The translations under genes and the position numbers were made by a program. A model generated the notes under the pieces. It was not told the origin of the DNA. It searched no databases and saw nothing but the letters and a program-made list of their open reading frames with translations. Source: an uncultured Dehalococcoidia bacterium (GTDB lineage Bacteria > Chloroflexota > Dehalococcoidia > Lucifugimonadales > Australimonadaceae). Taken from it: a DNA stretch of 64,000 bases. Below, one piece after another: positions 53,705 through 63,757 of this stretch. The DNA lies in NCBI GenBank assembly GCA_964560025.1, contig CAZLKC010000001.1, positions 89,010 through 153,009 of the forward strand, in the 5' to 3' direction. How positions within the stretch are numbered: the stretch's first letter is position 1; each line of letters starts with the position of its first letter.

Positions 53705-54676
53705 TCAAGCCGGGCTCGCCCCCGGCACAGGAACGCTGTCCAGAATGTCCCCGATCGCATCCTCAGCCGACGCGCCCTGGATGCGCGCCGACGAGCTGAG
53801 GATCAACCGGTGCCCCAACGCCGCCGGCGCGAGCTCCTTCACGTCGTCCGGCAGCGCGTAGTCCCTGCCCTCCATCAGCGCCTTGGCCTGCGCCAATCGA
53901 TAGAGCGCCAACGAACCCCGGGGCGACGCCCCTAGGTACAGGTTCGGGTGCGAGCGCGTGGCGCTCACCACCTGCACGATGTACTCGCGCACGGGCAACT
54001 CCACGTGCACGCTGCGCAGCCCGCGAAGCATCAGGTCGAAGTCGCCCGTGTCCACCACCGGCTCCAGCGTCTCGATGGGGTGTTGCTCCCGCTGCGCCTC
54101 CAGCACGTTCAGCTCGTCCGCGAAGCCGGGATAGCCCAGGTGCACGCGCACGAGGAAGCGGTCCAACTCCGTCTCCGGCAGCGGGAAGGTTCCCTCGTAC
54201 TCGATGGGGTTCTGCGTGGCGAGCACGATGAATGGGTCGGGCATCCGGTGCGTAACGCCGTCCACCGTTATCTGCCGCTCCTCCATGCACTCGAGCAAGG
54301 CGGCTTGGGTCTTGGGCGAGGCGCGGTTGATCTCGTCCGCCAGCACCACCTCCGCCACGATCGGCCCCTGTCGGTACTCGAACTCGCCGCTGCGCTGATT
54401 GAAGATGGACGACCCGATGATGTCGCTCGGCAGCAGGTCGGGCGTGAACTGGATGCGCCGGAAGTCGCCGCCGATGCTCTTGGCGATGCTCCGCGCGAGC
54501 ATCGTCTTGCCGACGCCCGGCACATCCTCGATGAGCAGGTGGCCGCGCGACATCAGCGCCATCACCGCCAACTGCACCTCGCGCGTCTTGCCAAAGATGA
54601 CCCGCTCGAGGTTCTCCTGGAGCCGCGCCGCCACCGGCCGGGCCAAGTCCGCCGACGTCTTCTGCGAATAGACCAA
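53705..54676 (-). CDS. moxR: MoxR-family AAA+ ATPase
   Basis: 323 aa, TTG start with GGAGGA upstream. Walker A GVPGVGKT, Walker B VVLADEINRASPKTQAALLE and FIVLATQNPIEYEGTFPLPETELDRF. Confidence 0.9.
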   Translation of the reverse strand: MVYSQKTSADLARPVAARLQENLERVIFGKTREVQLAVMALMSRGHLLIEDVPGVGKTMLARSIAKSIGGDFRRIQFTPDLLPSDIIGSSIFNQRSGEFEYRQGPIVAEVVLADEINRASPKTQAALLECMEERQITVDGVTHRMPDPFIVLATQNPIEYEGTFPLPETELDRFLVRVHLGYPGFADELNVLEAQREQHPIETLEPVVDTGDFDLMLRGLRSVHVELPVREYIVQVVSATRSHPNLYLGASPRGSLALYRLAQAKALMEGRDYALPDDVKELAPAALGHRLILSSSARIQGASAEDAIGDILDSVPVPGASPA

Positions 54677-54777
54677 CCGCTCCTCCGTTGGCGGGCCGAG
54701 CCCGGCGCGCTCCCCGCGCCGGGGCGCGCACGGCGATGTTAGCCCCGCCCTCCCGGAGCGTCAAACCGCTTTCCTCT

Positions 54778-54810
54778 CGGCCGCCCTGAGGGCAATCGCA
54801 AGGACGAAGG
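54778..54810. repeat. Degenerate copy F of the palindromic repeat (CGGCCGCCCTGAGGGCAATCGCAAGGACGAAGG)
   Basis: Shares GCCCTGAGGG-A-TCG-AAGG-CG-A with copies A/B, but the arms no longer pair well. Confidence 0.45.
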
Positions 54811-54814
54811 CCCC

Positions 54815-55507
54815 CTACCCACCCCACCCTTCCGCGCCGAGCAGCGGCACGAAGCGGCAAGCGCCCAGCCATCGCACCTCCGCCCCGTCTGCCGTCTTGG
54901 TGATTCGGGCGAGGCGCTGCTCGTGCGGCGGGCCAAGGGGAATCACCAGCCGCCCGCCCTCCCTTAGCTGCGCAAGCAGCGCGGGCGGCGCCGATGGCGC
55001 CGACGCGGCCACGGCGATGGCGTCGTAGGGCGCGTCCGGCGGCCAGCCGAGCCTATCCGGCGTGTGATGAACGACCGCATTGGCGATGCGCAGCGCCGCC
55101 AATCGCTCCCGCGCCAACTCCGCCAATTGCGGCACGCGCTCAACGCTGACGACGCGGCGCGCCAACCTAGACAACACCGCCGCCTGATAGCCCGAACCCG
55201 CGCCCACGTCCAGCGCCTTGTCTCCGGGCGCTGCGTCCAGCGCGTCGAGCATCAGCGCCACCATGAGCGGCTGCGAGACGGTCTGGCCGTAGCCGATGGC
55301 GAACGCCTCGTTATCGTAGGCGCGGCGGCGCAAGCGCCGCGGCATGAACACCTCGCGCGGCGTCTCCGCCATCGCCCGCAGCACGCGCTTGTCTTTCACC
55401 TCGCGCTCGATCGCCTCGATTAGACGCTCGCGTTCTCGAGCGAGTTCCCCCGATCGCTCTTGACGCTTGCCCAAGCGTAGGCCTCCGCGCAGCCAAAAGG
55501 GCATCAC
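54815..55507 (-). CDS. pcm: Protein-L-isoaspartate O-methyltransferase
   Basis: GYGQTVSQPLMVALMLDAL, ALDVGAGSGYQAAVLS and GGRLVIPLG. Confidence 0.9.
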   Translation of the reverse strand: MMPFWLRGGLRLGKRQERSGELARERERLIEAIEREVKDKRVLRAMAETPREVFMPRRLRRRAYDNEAFAIGYGQTVSQPLMVALMLDALDAAPGDKALDVGAGSGYQAAVLSRLARRVVSVERVPQLAELARERLAALRIANAVVHHTPDRLGWPPDAPYDAIAVAASAPSAPPALLAQLREGGRLVIPLGPPHEQRLARITKTADGAEVRWLGACRFVPLLGAEGWGG

Positions 55508-55618
55508 GCGCCGATTGTAGCCCTATCCGCCGCCATTGATGGGCGCTAGGCGCCGCGCGCCATACATCGCTAGCGCACGGCGCGCGCCTCCGAATCGCTC
55601 AGGGCGTACGATAGGGGG

Positions 55619-56281
55619 ATGAACGGCGGCGAGACGCAGCGCTACTATCCCGCGTTCCTCGACCTGCGCGGGCGGCGCTGCGTCGTGGTCGGCGGCGGCG
55701 CCGTCGGCGAGCGCAAGACCATCCAATTGCTCGCGGCGGGCGCCGTCGTTACGGTGGTCAGCCCCGCCGTGACTCCCGCCGTCCGCGCGTGGGCCGCCGA
55801 GGGGCGCGTCGAGTGGCGCGAGCGCCCCTACGCCCCGGGCGACCTGACCGGCGCGTTCGCCGCCATAGCGGGAACGGACGACGCGCACGCCAACGCAGCG
55901 GTGCGCGAGGAGGCGGCGCGCGAGCGCGTGCTGTTGAACGTGGTGGACGACGCGCCGTCGTGCGATTTCATCGCACCGGCTGTCGTCGAGCGCGGCGCGG
56001 TCACCATCGCCGTATCCACCGGCGGCGCAAGCCCCGCCCTCGCCCGTAAGCTGCGCGAGGCGCTCGAACGATGGCCCGCCCTCGCGTGGGCCGACGCCGC
56101 CGAGACGCTCGCCCAAGCCCGCGCCGACCTGCGCGCCGACGGCGCGAATCCGCCCACCGACGCATGGCAGGACGCGATGAGCGACGAGGTGCTGTCCCTC
56201 GTCCAAGCGGGCAAGCCCGACGAAGCCAAGGCGCTGCTCCTAGAGGCGCTGCGCGCCGCCGCGCAAGGCGCGGGCGGCTGA
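55619..56281 (+). CDS. sirC: Precorrin-2 dehydrogenase / sirohydrochlorin ferrochelatase (siroheme synthase N-terminal domain type)
   Basis: YYPAFLDLRGRRCVVVGGGAVGERKTIQLLAAGAVVTVVSP (Rossmann motif) and VSTGGASPALARKLRE. Confidence 0.8.
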   Translation: MNGGETQRYYPAFLDLRGRRCVVVGGGAVGERKTIQLLAAGAVVTVVSPAVTPAVRAWAAEGRVEWRERPYAPGDLTGAFAAIAGTDDAHANAAVREEAARERVLLNVVDDAPSCDFIAPAVVERGAVTIAVSTGGASPALARKLREALERWPALAWADAAETLAQARADLRADGANPPTDAWQDAMSDEVLSLVQAGKPDEAKALLLEALRAAAQGAGG

Positions 56282-56291
56282 GGCCGACGCG

Positions 56292-57218
56292 ATGGCGACC
56301 CCTATCCGCATCGGCACGCGCGGCAGCGCCCTAGCCCTCTTCCAAGCGCGGCAGGTGGCCGACGCCCTGCGCGCCGCCCTTCCGGAGCGCGGCTGCGAGG
56401 TGGAGAGCATCCGCAGCGCGGGCGACCAATCGCCCGACGCGCCCATCGCCTCCTTGGGAACGGGCGCCTTCACCGGCGTTCTCCAACAGGCGCTGCTCGA
56501 CGGGCGCGTCGACGCCGCCGTCCACAGCCTTAAAGACCTGCCCGTCGGTCCAACGCCCGGCGTAACCACCATCCCCGTCCTCGAACGCGCCGATCCGCGC
56601 GACGCGCTCATCGACCGCCTCAACCGCAGCCTGTTCAACCTGCCGCCGCACGCGCGCGTCGGCACCAGCAGCCCCCGCCGCACGGCGCAGTTACGGCGGG
56701 GACGCGGCGACCTCGACTATCTCCCTATCAGGGGCAACGTGGACACGCGCGTGCGCAAAGTGGTCGACGGCGAGTACGACGCCGTCGTCTTGGCTGCCGC
56801 GGGCTTGCTCCGCCTCGGACTTACGGGGCGCGTAACCGAGTTCTTCTCGCCCCGCGCCGTCGCGCCCGCGCCCGGCCAGGGCGCCCTGGCCGTCCAGGTG
56901 CGCTCCGACGACGAAGAGCTGCTGGCGGCGGCGCGTCTGCTTCGCCACGAACCGACGGCGGCCGCAGTGGAGGCGGAGCGCTGGGTGCTGCGCGCGGCGG
57001 GCGCGGGATGCCTCATCCCCATCGGCGCTTACGGCGAGGTCGGCGCCGACGGCGCGCTCTCCCTGTTCGCCGCGGTCACCTCTCTCGACGGCGCGGAGGC
57101 GTACCGCGCCGAGGTGAACGGCCCCGTCGAAGACCCCGGCGTTACGGGGCGCGCCGCCTACGCCGCCCTGCTCGAACAGGGCGCGGGCGCGTTGCTCGGC
57201 GTGGAGGGCGCGCAATGA
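56292..57218 (+). CDS. hemC: Hydroxymethylbilane synthase (porphobilinogen deaminase)
   Basis: IRIGTRGSALALFQA, AVHSLKDLP, GTSSPRRTAQL, RGNVDTRVRKV and the cofactor Cys context GAGCLIPIGAY. Confidence 0.9.
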   Translation: MATPIRIGTRGSALALFQARQVADALRAALPERGCEVESIRSAGDQSPDAPIASLGTGAFTGVLQQALLDGRVDAAVHSLKDLPVGPTPGVTTIPVLERADPRDALIDRLNRSLFNLPPHARVGTSSPRRTAQLRRGRGDLDYLPIRGNVDTRVRKVVDGEYDAVVLAAAGLLRLGLTGRVTEFFSPRAVAPAPGQGALAVQVRSDDEELLAAARLLRHEPTAAAVEAERWVLRAAGAGCLIPIGAYGEVGADGALSLFAAVTSLDGAEAYRAEVNGPVEDPGVTGRAAYAALLEQGAGALLGVEGAQ

Positions 57219-58741
57219 CCGGCAAGGTCATCCTCGTCGGCGCAGGACCCGGCGACCCCGGCCTCATCACCCTGCGCGGCGTGCGAGCGCTCAGCCAAGC
57301 CGACCTCGTGCTCTATGACCGCCTCGCCAACCCCACCCTGCTCGCCCACGCCGCCCCGAACGCCGAGACGCGCTACGTCGGCAAGGAATCGGATGCGCCG
57401 GGCGAACGCCAAGCCGCCGTGAATCGCCTGCTCGTGGCGGAGGCCAAGCGGGGCAAGACGGTCGTGCGCCTCAAGGGCGGCGACCCGTTCGTGTTCGGGC
57501 GTGGCGGCGAGGAACTCGAGGCGCTGGCCGAGGCGGGCGTCCCGTTCGAGGTTGTCCCGGGGGTGAGTTCCGCGGTCGCCGCCCCCGCCTATGCAGGGAT
57601 CCCCGTAACCCATCGCGGGCTGGCGGCGGCCTTCACCGTCGTCAGCGGCAGCGAAGACCCCGACAAGCCAGGCCCGCCCCTCGATTGGGCGGCCCTCGCC
57701 AAAACGCCCGGAACGCTCGTACTGCTTATGGGCGCACGCCGCCTCGACAAGATAGCCGCCGCCCTCATCCGCTATGGCCGCCCCGCCGACACGCCCGCCG
57801 CCGTCATCCAATGGGGCACGCTCCCCGCGCAGCGCACGGTGCGCGGCGTGCTCTCGGATATCGCGCGGCGCGCCGCCGATGCGGGCGTCGGCGCACCCGC
57901 CGTTGCGGTGATCGGCGAGGCGGCGCAACTGGGCGAGCGCCTGCGCTGGTTCGACCGCGCGCCCCTGTTCGGCCTGCGCGTCCTGGTTACGCGCCCCAGG
58001 CGGCAGATGAGCGCCCTGAGCCGCCTGCTTGCGGAGTACGGCGCCGAACCCGTGGAGGCGCCCGCCATCGAGATAGCGCCGTTGAACGACGCGGCTGAGC
58101 TGGACGCGGCGCTTGCGGCGCTCGGCTCGTTCGACTGGGTCGTCTTCACCAGCGTCAACGGCGTCGACGCGGTCTTCGAGCGCCTTGCGGCCCAGGGGCG
58201 CGACGCGCGCGCGTTCGGCGCGGCGCGGGTCGCCACCATCGGATTGGCCACCGCCGAGGCGCTGGCGCAGCGCGGCGTCGCCGCCGACTACGTGCCGCGA
58301 ACCTACACAACCGCCGCCGTCGCCGACGGCCTCAGCGGCCTCGACCTGCGCGGCAAGCGCGTACTGCTGCCCCGCGCCGACATCGCCCCCGCCGCCCTCG
58401 CGGACGCGCTGCGCGAACGCGGCGCGGAGACAACGAGCATAGCCGCCTACCGCACGCTCAAGCCCGCCGACGCGGACGCGCAGATTCGGGAAGCGCTCGG
58501 CTCTGGTACGATTGGCGCAGCAGCCTTCACCAGTTCGTCCACCGTCCAACACTTGGTGGAGGCGCTCGACGGAGACGCGGAGTTGCTCGACGGAGTGATG
58601 ATCGCAAGCATCGGCCCGGTAACCTCGGCGGCGGCGCGCGCGGCGGGGCTGCGCGTGGACGTAGAGGCGCCCGTGCATACCGTGCCCGGCCTGGTGGAGG
58701 CTATGGCCGCCGCCCGCGCCGCCGCTCAGGAGCCGCGATGA
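57215..58741 (+). CDS. cobA: Fused uroporphyrinogen-III C-methyltransferase / uroporphyrinogen-III synthase
   Basis: Start [22 protein letters not shown] inside track ORF 57008..58741 (ATGA overlap with hemC). N-terminal SUMT motifs ([25 protein letters not shown]). The C-terminal ~250 aa ([11 protein letters not shown]...[10 protein letters not shown]) is a HemD domain. Confidence 0.9.
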   Translation: MTGKVILVGAGPGDPGLITLRGVRALSQADLVLYDRLANPTLLAHAAPNAETRYVGKESDAPGERQAAVNRLLVAEAKRGKTVVRLKGGDPFVFGRGGEELEALAEAGVPFEVVPGVSSAVAAPAYAGIPVTHRGLAAAFTVVSGSEDPDKPGPPLDWAALAKTPGTLVLLMGARRLDKIAAALIRYGRPADTPAAVIQWGTLPAQRTVRGVLSDIARRAADAGVGAPAVAVIGEAAQLGERLRWFDRAPLFGLRVLVTRPRRQMSALSRLLAEYGAEPVEAPAIEIAPLNDAAELDAALAALGSFDWVVFTSVNGVDAVFERLAAQGRDARAFGAARVATIGLATAEALAQRGVAADYVPRTYTTAAVADGLSGLDLRGKRVLLPRADIAPAALADALRERGAETTSIAAYRTLKPADADAQIREALGSGTIGAAAFTSSSTVQHLVEALDGDAELLDGVMIASIGPVTSAAARAAGLRVDVEAPVHTVPGLVEAMAAARAAAQEPR

Positions 58742-59763
58742 GCAGCCTCCTGCCCCGCAACGCGGAGACCACCGCCTCCGGCGCCGCGTTCCCGCGCGTG
58801 CGCCTGCGCCGCCTGCGCCGCTCGGCCGCTATGCGCAGGCTCGTCCGCGAGACGGCCCTCAACCCCGCTGACCTCGTTTACCCTCTTTTCGTAACCCACG
58901 GGCGCGACGTGCGCCTGCCCATCGAGCCGATGCCCGGCCAGGCGCAACTCTCCCTCGACCACCTGCTGACGGAGGCGGCGGAGGCGGCGGCGCTCGGCGT
59001 GTCGGCGGTGCTGCTCTTCGGCATCCCCGAGCACAAGGACGCGCTGGGCACGGAGGCCTACGACCCCAACGGCGTCATTCAGGAGGCCGTGGCCGCCATC
59101 AAGTCGGCCACGCCCGACCTCGTCGTCATCACCGACGTATGCCTGTGCGAGTACACTGACCACGGCCACTGTGGCGTGCTGACCGACGACGGCGTGGACA
59201 ACGACGCCACGCTCGAACTGCTCGCCCAGACCGCCGTCTCCCACGCCGACGCGGGCGCCGACGTGGTCGCGCCGTCGGCGATGATGGACGGCCAGATAGA
59301 CGCCATACGCCGCGCGCTCGACGACGCCGGGCACGGTCAGACCGCGACTATGGCCTACGCGTCCAAGGCCGCCTCCGCCTACTACGGCCCCTTCCGCGTC
59401 GCCGCCGAATCCGCCCCCCGCTCCGGCGACCGCCGCGCCTACCAGATGGACGGCGCGAACGCGCGCGAGGCGCTCCGCGAGTTGGAGCAGGACGCCGCCG
59501 AGGGCGCCGACATCCTGATGGTCAAGCCCGCTCTGCCCTACCTCGATGTGGTGGCGCGCGCGCGGGAGGCGTTCGCGCACCCCATCGCCGCCTACAACGT
59601 GTCGGGCGAGTACGCCATGCTCAAGGCCGCCGCCGCCAACGGTTGGCTCGACGAGCGCGCCGCGATGTTCGAGATGCTCACCGGCATCAAGCGCGCGGGC
59701 GCCGACATTGTCATCACCTATTTCGCCAAGGACGCGGCCAGAGCGCTGCGCAGCACGGGCTAG
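58738..59763 (+). CDS. hemB: Porphobilinogen synthase (5-aminolevulinate dehydratase)
   Basis: RLRRLRRS..MRRLVRET, DVCLCEYTDHGHCG (Zn-type Cys cluster), VAPSAMMDGQ, SKAASAYYGPFR and MVKPALPYLD (Schiff-base Lys). Confidence 0.9.
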   Translation: MSSLLPRNAETTASGAAFPRVRLRRLRRSAAMRRLVRETALNPADLVYPLFVTHGRDVRLPIEPMPGQAQLSLDHLLTEAAEAAALGVSAVLLFGIPEHKDALGTEAYDPNGVIQEAVAAIKSATPDLVVITDVCLCEYTDHGHCGVLTDDGVDNDATLELLAQTAVSHADAGADVVAPSAMMDGQIDAIRRALDDAGHGQTATMAYASKAASAYYGPFRVAAESAPRSGDRRAYQMDGANAREALRELEQDAAEGADILMVKPALPYLDVVARAREAFAHPIAAYNVSGEYAMLKAAAANGWLDERAAMFEMLTGIKRAGADIVITYFAKDAARALRSTG

Positions 59764-59767
59764 CGCA

Positions 59768-60205
59768 ATGGAGCGCGAGCAAGCGCGCCGCCACGTCATC
59801 GACGCGCTCACGCAGCGCAACGCCAACCTCTTCGCCCCCGTTGGACGCGTGCCCGGCGTAGACCTCGCCGCGCGCGTCGGCGACGGCTCCTACGTCGAAC
59901 TGCGCATCGCCGAAAGCGCCGCGCCCGGCGTCTTCAAGGCGGAGGTGCGCCGCCCCAAGCCGTCGCTCTTCGTGCTCGGCCTCGAAGAGACGGACGCGGG
60001 CGTCGAGGCGTGGGTGCTGCCTTCGGGCGCGTTCGAGCGGTTCGCCTTCGGCAACGTCCTCGAGTTGGACGAACCCGCAGACGAACCCCTGCGCGAGCGC
60101 CTCGCCATCTACCGCAACCGCTGGAGCCTCGTCGCCGACTACGCCAAGTACCGCACGACGCTGAACGACCCCGTCGCCCTGCGCGTGCAGCTGTCGCTGG
60201 GCTAG
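59768..60205 (+). CDS. Hypothetical protein (145 aa)
   Basis: Start MEREQARRHVIDAL inside track ORF 59546..60205. Balanced composition and no motif I recognise. The 3' end overlaps the convergent SOD gene by 4 nt. Confidence 0.45.
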   Translation: MEREQARRHVIDALTQRNANLFAPVGRVPGVDLAARVGDGSYVELRIAESAAPGVFKAEVRRPKPSLFVLGLEETDAGVEAWVLPSGAFERFAFGNVLELDEPADEPLRERLAIYRNRWSLVADYAKYRTTLNDPVALRVQLSLG

Positions 60206-60786
60206 GCCGCGTAGGCGGCTTCCGCGCTCTCCCAGTTCACCAGGTTCCACCACGCCGCGACGTATGCGGGGCGCGCGTTGCGGTAGTCGATGTAGTAGGC
60301 GTGCTCCCACACGTCGCAGGTGAGCAGCGGCGTCTGGCCGTTCGTCAGCGGGCAGCCCGCGTTGCTGGTGTTCTCGATGGACACCGAGCCGTCGCTGTTC
60401 TTCACCAGCCACGTCCAGCCGGAGCCGAAGTTGCCCGCCGCGCGGGCGGAGAACTCCTTCTTGAACTCGTCGAAGGAGCCGAACGCCTTGTCGATGGCCT
60501 CGCCCAGCGCGCCGCCGGGAGCGCCGCCGCCGTTGGGCTTCATGCTGTTCCAGTAGCAGGTGTGGTTCCACACCTGGGCCGCGTTGTTGAAGATGGGCCC
60601 GGCCGGCGCGTTGACGATGATCTCCTCCAGCGAGGAGTCCGCGAACTCGGTGTCGCCGACCATGTTGTTCAGGTTGTTGACGTAGGTCTGATGGTGCTTG
60701 CCGTAGTGGAACTGGATGGTCTCGCGCGAGATGTGCGGCTCCAGCGCCTCCTCTGCGTAAGGCAACGGCGGCAACTCGTGTGGCAT
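60202..60786 (-). CDS. sodB: Superoxide dismutase, Fe/Mn family (Fe-type signature)
   Basis: PYAEEALEPHISRETIQFHYGKHH, AAQVWNHTCYW (the A-Q pattern favours Fe-SOD) and DVWEHAYYIDYRNARP. Confidence 0.85.
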   Translation of the reverse strand: MPHELPPLPYAEEALEPHISRETIQFHYGKHHQTYVNNLNNMVGDTEFADSSLEEIIVNAPAGPIFNNAAQVWNHTCYWNSMKPNGGGAPGGALGEAIDKAFGSFDEFKKEFSARAAGNFGSGWTWLVKNSDGSVSIENTSNAGCPLTNGQTPLLTCDVWEHAYYIDYRNARPAYVAAWWNLVNWESAEAAYAA

Positions 60787-60907
60787 AGGGTTCCTCCTCA
60801 GCGGGCAGCGAGATTGGGGCGCGGCGGCGCCCGCGCGGGCGAGCCTCTCCGGCCCGCCGCGTTGCTAGGGTATCACCGCCGCCAGGCGCGTCAAGCGGAG
60901 CGCGTCC

Positions 60908-62068
60908 CTACCGCGCCCCGGCCATCAACCGCTCGCGCACGCCAGGCCCGGCCGCGTCGATCGCCGTCCACGCCAGGCTCAGCGCCGCGTCGTACACCGC
61001 CGCGTCCGCCGACGCCGTCGCGCACGCCGCCGCGAAGGCGGCCTGGTGGTTGACCGCGCCTTTGGAATCGATGCCCACACTGGGGTGGATGGAGGGCAGC
61101 GCCAGCGACACGTTGCCCATATCGCTCGACGCGGGGCGCTTCCACGCCTGCTCCGGCGTGATGAAGGCGCGCCCTAGTTGCTCCGCGTTGCGTTGGTACA
61201 GCGCCGACAGTTCGCCGTCGTGCTCCATGTGCGCGAACGGCTTCTTGCCGCCGTCAATCTCCAGCGTCGCCCCGGTGGCGAGCGCGCCCGCCTCGAACGC
61301 CCGCACCACCTTGCGGCGCACGTCGTCCAGGTCGTCGAGCGTCAGCGCGCGCACGCCGAATTCGCCCTTCACCAGCGCGGGGATGATGTTGAACGCTTCC
61401 CCTCCGTGGGTAACGATGCCGTGCACGCGGTCGGTGGAACGCAGCGTGGGCCGCAGCAGTCCGATGGCCGTCTGCGCGATGGTCATCGCGTCCGCCGCGT
61501 TGATGCCCTGGTCGGGCGAGGCGGAGGCGTGCGCCTCTTTGCCCCGGTAGGTGACTTCCAATCCCGTCGCCGCGATGATCGGCATCTGCGCCGCGTCGTG
61601 CGGCATGGGGTGCGCCATCATCGCGGCGTGGAGACCATCGAACGCGCCCGCCTCCAGCATCGTTATCTTGCCGCCCGACTTGATGTACTCCTCTGCGGGC
61701 GTGCCCAGCACGGTTACGGTTATCCCCGCGTTGTCGGCGACTGACGAGAGCGCGAGGGCGGCGCCGATGGACGACGCGGCGATGATATTGTGGCCGCAGG
61801 CGTGGCCGATGCCCGGCAGCGCGTCGAACTCGGCGCATATCCCGATGTGCAGCGGCCCCGAGCCGTAGGTCGCCTCGAACGCCGTCGGCAGCCCCGCTGT
61901 GCCCGTGCGCACGCCGAACCCCGCCGCGTCCAGCGCCTCGCTTAACCACGCGACGGCCTGCTCCTCTTCGTACGCGATCTCCGGGTTCGCGTGCAGGCGG
62001 TGACTGAGCGCGATCAGCCCGTCCCGCTCGCGGTCCATCCGCTCCCGCGCCGCCTCTTTCGCGTCCAT
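60908..62068 (-). CDS. M20D-family amidohydrolase (AbgB/hippurate-hydrolase-like)
   Basis: LHANPEIAYEE, ICAEFDALPGIGHACGHNIIAA and GTPAEE. Confidence 0.85.
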   Translation of the reverse strand: MDAKEAARERMDRERDGLIALSHRLHANPEIAYEEEQAVAWLSEALDAAGFGVRTGTAGLPTAFEATYGSGPLHIGICAEFDALPGIGHACGHNIIAASSIGAALALSSVADNAGITVTVLGTPAEEYIKSGGKITMLEAGAFDGLHAAMMAHPMPHDAAQMPIIAATGLEVTYRGKEAHASASPDQGINAADAMTIAQTAIGLLRPTLRSTDRVHGIVTHGGEAFNIIPALVKGEFGVRALTLDDLDDVRRKVVRAFEAGALATGATLEIDGGKKPFAHMEHDGELSALYQRNAEQLGRAFITPEQAWKRPASSDMGNVSLALPSIHPSVGIDSKGAVNHQAAFAAACATASADAAVYDAALSLAWTAIDAAGPGVRERLMAGAR

Positions 62069-62148
62069 CGCTCCCTCCCGCGTTCGGCTCAGCCGAGCCT
62101 ATGCCAACCCCCGCCGCCGGGCAAGCGCGCTCACGCCTGCGGCGGGCG

Positions 62149-62178
62149 CGCCCTTCGATTGCCCTCAGCGCGAACGGA
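62149..62178. repeat. Partial copy G of the palindromic repeat (GCCCTTCGATTGCCCTCAGCGCGAACGGA)
   Basis: Aligns with the loop and right arm of copy A (CCCTTCGAGTTCCCTCAGGGCGAACGGA). Overlaps the last 5 codons and the stop of the CDS at 62165..62521. Confidence 0.5.
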
Positions 62179-62521
62179 CCGGCTTATCCCGCGCGCGCGG
62201 CGGCGTGCGCAGCAGCGTCCACAGCGTGTAGCCGCTGATAATCGTCCCTACGGGAACGACGATGACGTTCAGCAGCGACGCGGCTATCAGCGCCGGGCGC
62301 CCCCACTCCCTGCTCCGTATCGCGCCCCAGCCCCCGGCGGCGCCGGGCAACTGAATCACCGCCAGCATCACCAACTGCGCCCCTACCCCGTCGCCCTCAA
62401 GGGCGGCGTTGAGGCCAAGGGAGAGCGCGATCAATCCGACGAGCAGGCTGTAAGCCAGCCACGCCCAGCCGAGTACGGACGAGGGCAAGCGCTGCCAAAG
62501 CGTCGAGCGCTGCGCGGCCAT
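62165..62521 (-). CDS. Small membrane protein (about 3-4 TM helices), unknown function
   Basis: 118 aa of hydrophobic segments (LGWAWLAYSLLVGLIALSLGL, LVMLAVIQLPGAAGGWGAI, ALIAASLLNVIVVPVGTIISGY). Four nt separate it from the upstream VOC gene. Confidence 0.55.
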   Translation of the reverse strand: MAAQRSTLWQRLPSSVLGWAWLAYSLLVGLIALSLGLNAALEGDGVGAQLVMLAVIQLPGAAGGWGAIRSREWGRPALIAASLLNVIVVPVGTIISGYTLWTLLRTPPRARDKPVRSR

Positions 62522-62525
62522 GTCC

Positions 62526-63317
62526 CTACGCGGGAACCTCCAGCAGTTGGATGACGGCGAAGTAGGCGCCTTGCGGGTCTTGGAGGAAGGCGAACGTCCC
62601 TACCGGCACCTCCGTCGGCGGGACAACCGTCTTGGCCCCCAACCGATTCGCCTCTTTCACGATCGCGTCGCAGTCGTCAACGGCGAAGTAGACCGACCAG
62701 TTCGGCGGTATCTCGCCCCAGATGGACGGTATCTCCGGCATCCCCGCCGCGTACTCGTCGCCCACCATGAAGACGTGGTAGAAGCTCCCGTCGCCCATCG
62801 GCTCCTTTTGCACGCGCCAGCCGACCAACTCGCTGTAGAAGCGCGATGCCGCGTCGCGGTCGGAGGTGTAGAGTTCGCACCAGGTGAGCGTGTTCGCCTC
62901 CGAGAAGACCTCGGCGCCGCCGTGGCTGCGCTTCTGCCAGAGGTTCACCGCCGCGCCTGTCGGGTCTTGGATAGCGGCCATCCGCCCCGCGTCCATCACG
63001 TCGAAGGGCGGCATCAGCACCTTGCCACCCAACCCCTCGACCTTCGCCGCCGCCGCGTCCACGTCCTCCACCGTCAGGTACGCCTGCCAGAAGGAGCGCC
63101 CCACCTGCTGGCGCATGTCCGGCCCCATCTCGGCGAGGGCGCACACGCTCTTGCCGCCCTTGTCGAACATCGTGTAGACGAACCCCTCGCCGGCCGGCAT
63201 GTCGGTCGCGTTCCAGCCGAACAGCGCGGTGTAGAACGCCTTGCCCCCTGCCGCGTCCGTGGTCATCACATCCGCCCACCAGAACATCCCCGCCTTGTGC
63301 TCTGTGATCTCGGCCAT
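62526..63317 (-). CDS. Two-domain VOC-superfamily protein (glyoxalase/bleomycin-resistance/dioxygenase fold)
   Basis: 263 aa with two repeats of the F(Y)..LFGW / F(Y)SELVGW beta-alpha-beta3 module and ...FLQDPQGAYFAV. GAAGGAG upstream of the ATG. Confidence 0.8.
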   Translation of the reverse strand: MAEITEHKAGMFWWADVMTTDAAGGKAFYTALFGWNATDMPAGEGFVYTMFDKGGKSVCALAEMGPDMRQQVGRSFWQAYLTVEDVDAAAAKVEGLGGKVLMPPFDVMDAGRMAAIQDPTGAAVNLWQKRSHGGAEVFSEANTLTWCELYTSDRDAASRFYSELVGWRVQKEPMGDGSFYHVFMVGDEYAAGMPEIPSIWGEIPPNWSVYFAVDDCDAIVKEANRLGAKTVVPPTEVPVGTFAFLQDPQGAYFAVIQLLEVPA

Positions 63318-63414
63318 CCTCTACTCCTTCGCTATCGCGCTGTCGTTATCCTACCGCAAACCTGCCCGTCCTGACGCTCTCCGCCGCCCGCCGAAGCCAA
63401 CCGAGGGGTGAGGG

Positions 63415-63437
63415 GAGGGCGACCAGCAGGTCGTCCC
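63415..63437. repeat. Second, imperfect copy of hairpin 1 (AGGGCGACC-AGCA-GGTCGTCCCT), opposite orientation to 32712
   Basis: The reverse complement CTTGTAGGGACGACCTGCTGGTCGCCCTCCCCTCACCCCTCGG parallels CTTCGTAGGGGCGACCGGCAGGTCGCCCCTTTCCCCCGCTCG at 32707. Confidence 0.6.
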
Positions 63438-63757
63438 TACAAGATGTGGCGCGCCGCGCCTCGACCCGCCCGGCATGGCCGCCTTCTGCGTGAAATTTCG
63501 CGGAAAAGTGCACCAGAGTGCTCCATTTACGCGTGAGAGTGGGCGCCGGGGCGTCAAGGAAAGGCACGGCTGCGGGGCAAATTCGCGGCGGCTGAGGGCG
63601 GCGGCGCGCCACATTTGGGCAGTGGGCTTGGCCGCCGCATGCAAGCGGAGAAGGCCGGAGAGGGGCAGCGGGATGAGCGCGCGTGCGTCCATACTGCAAG
63701 AGTCTCATACGAACGCCGTTCGCGAAACGGGCTGATGTCATAGAGGCGGCGGGGAGG

